Positions 58,207 to 64,000 of a stretch of 64,000 nt of DNA are shown here, piece after piece. The notes beneath the pieces were generated by a model, which worked only from the letters and a program-made list of their open reading frames with translations, was not told the origin of the DNA and made no database searches. Position numbers and translations under genes: made by a program. Each line of letters starts with the position of its first letter. The first letter of the stretch is position 1. Source of the DNA: a virus; IMG/VR virus record IMGVR_UViG_3300031576_000023, positions 21,329 through 85,328 of that record. One strand, given 5' to 3'.

Positions 58207-60165
58207 ATGCCCACCGTCCCACCGCAGCTTGTCACACAGCATGAGACGATTCCAGTGTTCGGGCACGATTATACGATCTACGCCGTAACAGACGGCCTTT
58301 GGAATGTCCCGGCCGTGTGGGATCAGGTGCGGGCACCGACTGCGCAAGACTCCGTGTTGATCCCGGCGGGCGTGACAGTGCAGGTCGATGGCGCTGCCAT
58401 GACCAGGCATGTAGTGATTGAGGGCACGCTCGAACTACTGGATAGTGCGCATCTGACATGCGTGAGCATTTTTGGCCTGCCCGGCAGCATGTTCTTGGGT
58501 GGACAGGACGGCGCGCCGATCTCGGCCACCGTAACATTCCTGGACACACCACTGGACCCGGCCGACACGCTGCAATTCGGCAACGGATTGATTACAGCGG
58601 GCGAGTGGCGGATGTGCGGGCATCCGCGGACGCCCTTCGTGCGGCTGGATCGGGAGTACGTTAGCGGCGAAGTGTTGCAAAATCTTCCGGCGGACTGGCA
58701 GCCGGCGGACGCGCTTATGATCCCCGACAGTCGGCAATGGGTGTTCAGCGGGCCACGGCCGGTGAATTCCTATAAGATCGAACGAAGCTGGTCAATGGTG
58801 CCGTTGGTCCATGATCACCCAGGCGCGTGCGACGCTGTCGGCGCGCTGCGCTACTTGCCGCACGTGGCCAATCTCACACGTTCCATCGTGTTTCGTTCGG
58901 AGAATCCCAACGGTGTGCGCGGTCACGTCATGGTTACGGATAGTGGCATGGCGGAGTTGTGCCATGTCGGATTCATTGGTCTGGGCCGCACGACTGTTGC
59001 ACAGGTCGGTCCCGGCAACCAGATCGGGCGGTACTCGCTGCACTTTCACCACAGCCATATGGCCAGCGAGGTTGACGGCTGCGTGGTTGCCGACGGGAAA
59101 AAGTGGGGCTTGGTGCTGCACGACACCGATGAGTGCGTGATAACGGGCAACGTGCTGGCCGACATCGACGGCGCCGGGCTAGTTACGGAGGCCGGGACCG
59201 AGCGCGACAACGTGATAGATGGAAACTTCGCCGGCGTCATCACGGGCGGAGGGATTAAGGTGGTTCCGCGCGGAGGCGTGCGCAAGACATTCAACACGGA
59301 CGGCACGGTTGCTTCCAATGCCGGTGACATCGCTTTCGAGGGTAGCGGTTTCTGGTTGCGGCGGGCTGGACGAAACGTCTTCCGAAACAACGTCGCGGCC
59401 AACTGCCGCTTCGCTGGCTTTAACGACAATGGATACTACCTTCCAAAAGTCCCGGACATGGAATCACTGGAGTGGTCGAACAACGAGGCTTACGCTTGCG
59501 AGATGGGGCAGTGGAGCACGTACTGGGGCGGTGGCGGACCGCTGCACACGTATCAACACACGATCTTCTACGATCGATTGAGAGTGTGGCACTGTCACAA
59601 GCGCGGTTGGGAGCACTATCACGTCATCAATGTGGACGTGGTTGATCCAGTTGTACTGTTCGATCCGGCGGCCGTGGCGGCAAAACCAAACAAGGTGAAG
59701 GGCTACATTGTTCATGGTGCGAACCTGGGCGAGAAGGCCAACTATGAGACCGAAAACTACCGCGTGTTTCGCGCGGAGATATTCGGGGCTGACGTTGGAA
59801 TCGTGCTACCGCCGACCAGGATGCACAGAGGCATTCCGAAGGGCTGCATGATTCTGGACGGCCGGATCGGGTGCCACGTCGCCTTTCAGCAGGCTCCTCC
59901 TACGATTAAATTTTCCGCGCCTGGCAGGGTGTGCACGCTTCACGGCGTGGAGGTTATCCCGCTGACGCTGCCGAAGATGGGCGGCTTGCCGGCTGTGTCT
60001 TGCACGCTGTTCATGGACGCCTCGGGGATTCCGGCTGGTTATCCGTGGGCGAGCCTACAGTACACGACGTTGCTGGACGGTGTGCGGGTGTGGTTCAGTG
60101 TCGACCAGATCAAGCCATGCAACACGACGAGGCCCGACATTGTGGGCGGAGTAGTGTGCCCGTGA
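58207..60165 (+). CDS. G8 domain plus parallel beta-helix protein
   Basis: VANLTRSIVFRSEN...RGHVM...LGRT...GRYSLHFH motifs; PbH-like repeats. Confidence 0.75.
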   Translation: MPTVPPQLVTQHETIPVFGHDYTIYAVTDGLWNVPAVWDQVRAPTAQDSVLIPAGVTVQVDGAAMTRHVVIEGTLELLDSAHLTCVSIFGLPGSMFLGGQDGAPISATVTFLDTPLDPADTLQFGNGLITAGEWRMCGHPRTPFVRLDREYVSGEVLQNLPADWQPADALMIPDSRQWVFSGPRPVNSYKIERSWSMVPLVHDHPGACDAVGALRYLPHVANLTRSIVFRSENPNGVRGHVMVTDSGMAELCHVGFIGLGRTTVAQVGPGNQIGRYSLHFHHSHMASEVDGCVVADGKKWGLVLHDTDECVITGNVLADIDGAGLVTEAGTERDNVIDGNFAGVITGGGIKVVPRGGVRKTFNTDGTVASNAGDIAFEGSGFWLRRAGRNVFRNNVAANCRFAGFNDNGYYLPKVPDMESLEWSNNEAYACEMGQWSTYWGGGGPLHTYQHTIFYDRLRVWHCHKRGWEHYHVINVDVVDPVVLFDPAAVAAKPNKVKGYIVHGANLGEKANYETENYRVFRAEIFGADVGIVLPPTRMHRGIPKGCMILDGRIGCHVAFQQAPPTIKFSAPGRVCTLHGVEVIPLTLPKMGGLPAVSCTLFMDASGIPAGYPWASLQYTTLLDGVRVWFSVDQIKPCNTTRPDIVGGVVCP

Positions 60166-60205
60166 GATTTCCGATAGATGATGGGCGACAGGGGAGGATG
60201 CAGGC

Positions 60206-60430
60206 ATGACGCTTAACGATCCGCGACATCCGGCCTGGGCCTTTGCCAGGTGGTTCAGCACCTTGGTATTTGTGCTTGTAATCCTGGCCCTCAACGCCAG
60301 CAAGTTCGACGCCACCGAGGTACGCGCGTGGATTGAGATTGCCTTGGGTTACCTGGCCATCCAGGGTGGGCACCGCGTTTTGAAAAAGCGGGCGTGGAAA
60401 AACGGTCTGGGAACCAGTAATGGGGGCTGA
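60206..60430 (+). CDS. Small two-TM membrane protein (holin-like)
   Basis: Two hydrophobic segments and basic tail; GGAGG RBS. Confidence 0.45.
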   Translation: MTLNDPRHPAWAFARWFSTLVFVLVILALNASKFDATEVRAWIEIALGYLAIQGGHRVLKKRAWKNGLGTSNGG

Positions 60431-61052
60431 TATGCCTGAACCGAGACAGCTTGAACCGCGGGTTGCATCCCTGGAAACTTCCTTGGATGCCGTCCTCGGG
60501 CGGGTTCACCAGCTCGACCAGCACATCGGGGCGGTGCGCACTGAGCTGTCTGCGCAACTAACGGCGTTGGCTACTGACATGCGGCATCAGATTTCTGGAA
60601 TCGTTGCCGCCCGGCAGACTAACTGGGCGGTTATTCTGGGCGCGATGGCGGTCCTGCTGACGGTGATTGGCGCAGTCGGAAATTCCTGGATCACTCCCAT
60701 CAAGGAAAGTGTCGCGTTTTCTCGTGAACTGACGGATGGCCGTTTCGGAGTTATCGAGCGCGATGTAGCGGCGACTGTTGCGCGCTTGGCTGCGAATATG
60801 GAATCTATCGCCGCCATTCGCGGCAATGTACAAGTGATGCGCGAGCGATTTACTGAAATCGAGACGCAGTTTCGGTGGGGAAACGACGTCCACAACATGC
60901 GCGAACGAAACTCGGATCGGTTGCTTAGAATGCTGTGGGCCAAAGCGTTTGGGGATGATCTTCCGATGATGGGGATGCCGGAGGTCGGACCTGGGCATAA
61001 CAATAGGGCTGCGGTGGGTCCACCGTCGGAGACTCGGTCGGTAGGAGATTGA
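60420..61052 (+). CDS. Coiled-coil membrane protein
   Basis: Heptad pattern with a central TM segment. Confidence 0.5.
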   Translation: MGADMPEPRQLEPRVASLETSLDAVLGRVHQLDQHIGAVRTELSAQLTALATDMRHQISGIVAARQTNWAVILGAMAVLLTVIGAVGNSWITPIKESVAFSRELTDGRFGVIERDVAATVARLAANMESIAAIRGNVQVMRERFTEIETQFRWGNDVHNMRERNSDRLLRMLWAKAFGDDLPMMGMPEVGPGHNNRAAVGPPSETRSVGD

Positions 61053-61687
61053 GCCATGAACTACCAGGCGCGCGCACATTGATACGAATGTGCATGGCGT
61101 GGCCGTGGAGTCCGTGGGGCGCCTGACCAAGCCCGAGCCGTAAGCTTGCAGAAAAGCAAGAATGCCTTACACGTTCCAACAATGGGACCGCCAAGTTGAC
61201 CGCGCAAGACGAAAGCGCGAGCGGCGGTTGTTCTTTTCCAAAGCCTGGAAAGTCTTGCTGCTTGCACTGATCGCCGGATTGATCGTATTCATCTTTGTGA
61301 AGTCGATTGGTTGGTTCGTACCAGGTCCGGGGCCGTGAAGGAGCACGAACATGAAACGACGCACGGGGCGCTTTAACATTCCCGCCCCAATCAGCGAATC
61401 AGCGGCGCGCGACCTTGAATTCGTGCGCTGCTTGTGGGCGCTCGGCATCGAAGATAAAGCATTGGATCGGATGGCCCAGCGCGCCAGGTTGCAGCTGCAC
61501 TCTCTTATCCTAGTCGAGCGACGCCGGCGGAAGCGCGACGATAAACGGAGCGCGGGTGACTAACGTGCGAAAACTCCAGGCGCTGGAGGCCGAAACGGTC
61601 CCGGTGGAGCCATCGTATGGAAACACGTGATTTAAGAAAAGGAGGCACGGGAACGGCACGGATATTATCTGCGCCGTTCCCGTAGCA

Positions 61688-62719
61688 ATGTACTTCGGTG
61701 GTAAATCCCGCTGCGCTAATTTGATATGGCGAGCCTTGGGCGACGTGCGCAATTACGTCGAACCATTCTTCGGCAGCGGCGCGGTGCTATTGGCGCGTCC
61801 ACGGCCGTTTCGCGGAACGGAAACGGTCAACGATGCCTGCCAGTTCGTCGAGAACTTTTGGCGCGCTGTGCAAGCCGAGCCTGACACCGTGGCCAAGTGG
61901 TTGGATTGGCCTGTAAATGAGACTCGTCTTGAGGCGGTCCATAAATGGCTGGTTACCGCCGCGCGCAAGGAGGAGCACGCGCGGCGGATGAAGGATGAGA
62001 TGGGTTATTACGACCCGAAAATCGCCGGTCTCTGGTGCTGGGGTCTGTGCGCGTGGATAGGTAAGGGCTGGTGCGCCGGCGCGTGGTATGGGCCTGACGA
62101 TGAGCGCAACGCAGGCACGGGCGTCAATGTTCGGGACAAGCAACGAGGCGGCAAGCGCCCGCATTTGAACAGGGGGCAGGGCATCCACAAGCAGCGCCCG
62201 CACCTGGGCGACGCTGGGCAGGGCGTTCACAAGCAGCTCCAGCACCTAGGCGACGCTGGACAGGGTGAGTGTGTTCGCCGATTGGAAGTGCTTGTGAACT
62301 GGATGCGGCAGTTGCGCGACCGCTTGCGCAATGTGCGAGTGTGCTGCGGGGATTGGTCGCGGGTCTGCACGCACACGCCGACCAGCAACCTGGGGCTTAC
62401 GGGAATTTTCTTGGATCCGCCGTATTCCGATGCCGCCGGTCGAGATGAGAACATTTACGCTCGTGAGAGCCTGACAGTAGCTCACGACGTGCGAGCATGG
62501 TGTCTCCAGCGAGGGTGCGATAAAGACATGCGCATAGTGCTCGCGGGTTACGAAGGCGAGCACGAAGAGCTGGAAGTTAACGGTTGGCGTGTCGAATCTT
62601 GGACGGCGAACGGTGGATATGGCGTGCAATCCGGCAATGGCGAGTACACTAACAAATACAAAGAACGGCTGTGGATGAGTCCGGCCTGCGTGGATGTTGA
62701 GCGGAGATTATTCGTATGA
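61688..62719 (+). CDS. DNA adenine methyltransferase (D12/Dam-like)
   Basis: YFGGKS, YVEPFFGSGAV, ETVND and FLDPPY motifs. Confidence 0.88.
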   Translation: MYFGGKSRCANLIWRALGDVRNYVEPFFGSGAVLLARPRPFRGTETVNDACQFVENFWRAVQAEPDTVAKWLDWPVNETRLEAVHKWLVTAARKEEHARRMKDEMGYYDPKIAGLWCWGLCAWIGKGWCAGAWYGPDDERNAGTGVNVRDKQRGGKRPHLNRGQGIHKQRPHLGDAGQGVHKQLQHLGDAGQGECVRRLEVLVNWMRQLRDRLRNVRVCCGDWSRVCTHTPTSNLGLTGIFLDPPYSDAAGRDENIYARESLTVAHDVRAWCLQRGCDKDMRIVLAGYEGEHEELEVNGWRVESWTANGGYGVQSGNGEYTNKYKERLWMSPACVDVERRLFV

Positions 62720-63960
62720 ACCTCGGCGTCAATCTCGATCCGATCTACCCCCGTAGCCGCTTGTGGGTCTTTGGCGACGCCATGCGCCAGGGTATTTTGC
62801 AGCCGGACGGCGCCGTACGATGTTTGACCGAGCAGGGTGGGCACTGCCGGGTCGATTTGTGGGTTGGGCCTCTCGCCGCGCCTGGACGCATAGCCACGCT
62901 TCACCCTGACGACCGTGGCGTCCTCGTTCACGACGGGTCATCGCGCCTGTTTCCGCAGGCCAATCCACGGCGGTATTTTTGGCACCCGCGATTCTTGGAG
63001 TTGCTGAAAGTCCCGACTAGCTCGGGGCTGAAGCCGTTCAAGGTGCTGCGGTTCATGGACTGGCAACAGACGAACAATTCCGTGCAAACCTCATGGTCCA
63101 CTCGCGCGAAGCCAGCCGATCCACACCAGACAGGCCCGGCCGGCGTGGCCCTGGAGCACATGATAAACCTGTGCAACCTGCTGGATGCCGAGCCGTGGTT
63201 CTGCATTCCGCACTTGGCCGACGCTGACTACTGCCGGCAGTTTGGCGCGCTCGTTTCGGCCACGCTCAAACCGTCGCTGCGGTGTTGGTTGGAATACTCA
63301 AATGAACTCTGGAATGCGAGGTTTGCGCAGGCGCAGCATATTGCGATGGTGGCTGCATCGACTGGGCAAACGCGCCAGGGGGTCGTCGCCGAAATGGGTT
63401 TCCCGGCATGGGACCAGTTCATGGTCGGCTGGAGCGCCAGTCTAACTCGTGTCGTCCGCGTTGTCGGCGGTCAGAACACCCGCCCGGCCTGGGCCAAAGA
63501 AATTTGCCTTGCACTCGGTGGGAACTTCGACGCCGTTTCCTGCGGGGCGTACTTCAAGCCGCCCGCGCTTGTGGAAGCGACCTACGACGCCGCGACGACG
63601 GTAGAGGCGATCCTGGCCGACTGCCAGACCGACCTCCAGACCAAGACCTTGCTCGGTGTCGCCAGACACGCGGACGTTGCCGCAAAGCACGGCACACCAC
63701 TTGTCATCTATGAAGGGGGCCAGCACCTGGTAGGCCGTGGCAGGCCCTATCAGCCCGCCTACCTGGCGGCGCAGAATCACCCACTGATGGGGAACCTGTA
63801 TCGCGAGCTGGTTGCCGGGCTTGAGGCGGCTGGCGTTGAGCTGTTCTGCCATTACTCGCTGGTGGATGGGCCTGGCGCAAGCGGCTCGTGGGGCCTGTTG
63901 GATCACATGTACGCGGACGAGGGCGCCAGCGTGAAGTGGAAGGCGTTAATCGGGGTTTGA
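62716..63960 (+). CDS. Glycoside hydrolase-like TIM-barrel protein
   Basis: LRFMDW, GVALEHMI, EYSNELWN and YEGGQHL motifs. Confidence 0.7.
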   Translation: MNLGVNLDPIYPRSRLWVFGDAMRQGILQPDGAVRCLTEQGGHCRVDLWVGPLAAPGRIATLHPDDRGVLVHDGSSRLFPQANPRRYFWHPRFLELLKVPTSSGLKPFKVLRFMDWQQTNNSVQTSWSTRAKPADPHQTGPAGVALEHMINLCNLLDAEPWFCIPHLADADYCRQFGALVSATLKPSLRCWLEYSNELWNARFAQAQHIAMVAASTGQTRQGVVAEMGFPAWDQFMVGWSASLTRVVRVVGGQNTRPAWAKEICLALGGNFDAVSCGAYFKPPALVEATYDAATTVEAILADCQTDLQTKTLLGVARHADVAAKHGTPLVIYEGGQHLVGRGRPYQPAYLAAQNHPLMGNLYRELVAGLEAAGVELFCHYSLVDGPGASGSWGLLDHMYADEGASVKWKALIGV

Positions 63961-64000
63961 GGCTGGAGGTACGGAAGGATGGCGCAACAGACGTACAAGG

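Overview
The window is a GC-rich segment of a tailed dsDNA phage or prophage of siphovirus type; gene content suggests a Planctomycetota-like host, which is an inference. 1-16.8 kb: end of an HK97-type major capsid gene, head-tail and tail genes (G/GT frameshift chaperone, tape measure, tail tip), interrupted by glycosyltransferases and a transposase-less IS1-like relic (2.7-4.2 kb). 16.8-18.1 kb: TnpB-only IS200/IS605 element. 18-25 kb: glycan biosynthesis cluster (glycosyltransferases, methyltransferases, GNAT, Gmd, DegT/Per aminotransferase). 25-37 kb: replication and recombination genes sharing a repeated promoter motif. 37-41 kb: subtilase, di-heme cytochrome c peroxidase and secreted proteins. 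41-45 kb: ParB-TET/JBP-glycosyltransferase-epimerase DNA hypermodification cluster. 45-58 kb: early or accessory region with two type II hammerhead ribozymes, amidoligase and glutamine amidotransferase, a permuted AAA+ ATPase cluster, and three paralogous genes that each have an in-frame UGA at codon 49 followed 16 nt later by the same SECIS-like hairpin. These candidate phage selenoproteins are the top finding. 58-64 kb: G8/beta-helix protein, membrane proteins, adenine methyltransferase and a glycoside hydrolase-like protein. All family calls come from motif recognition by eye; no database searches were run.
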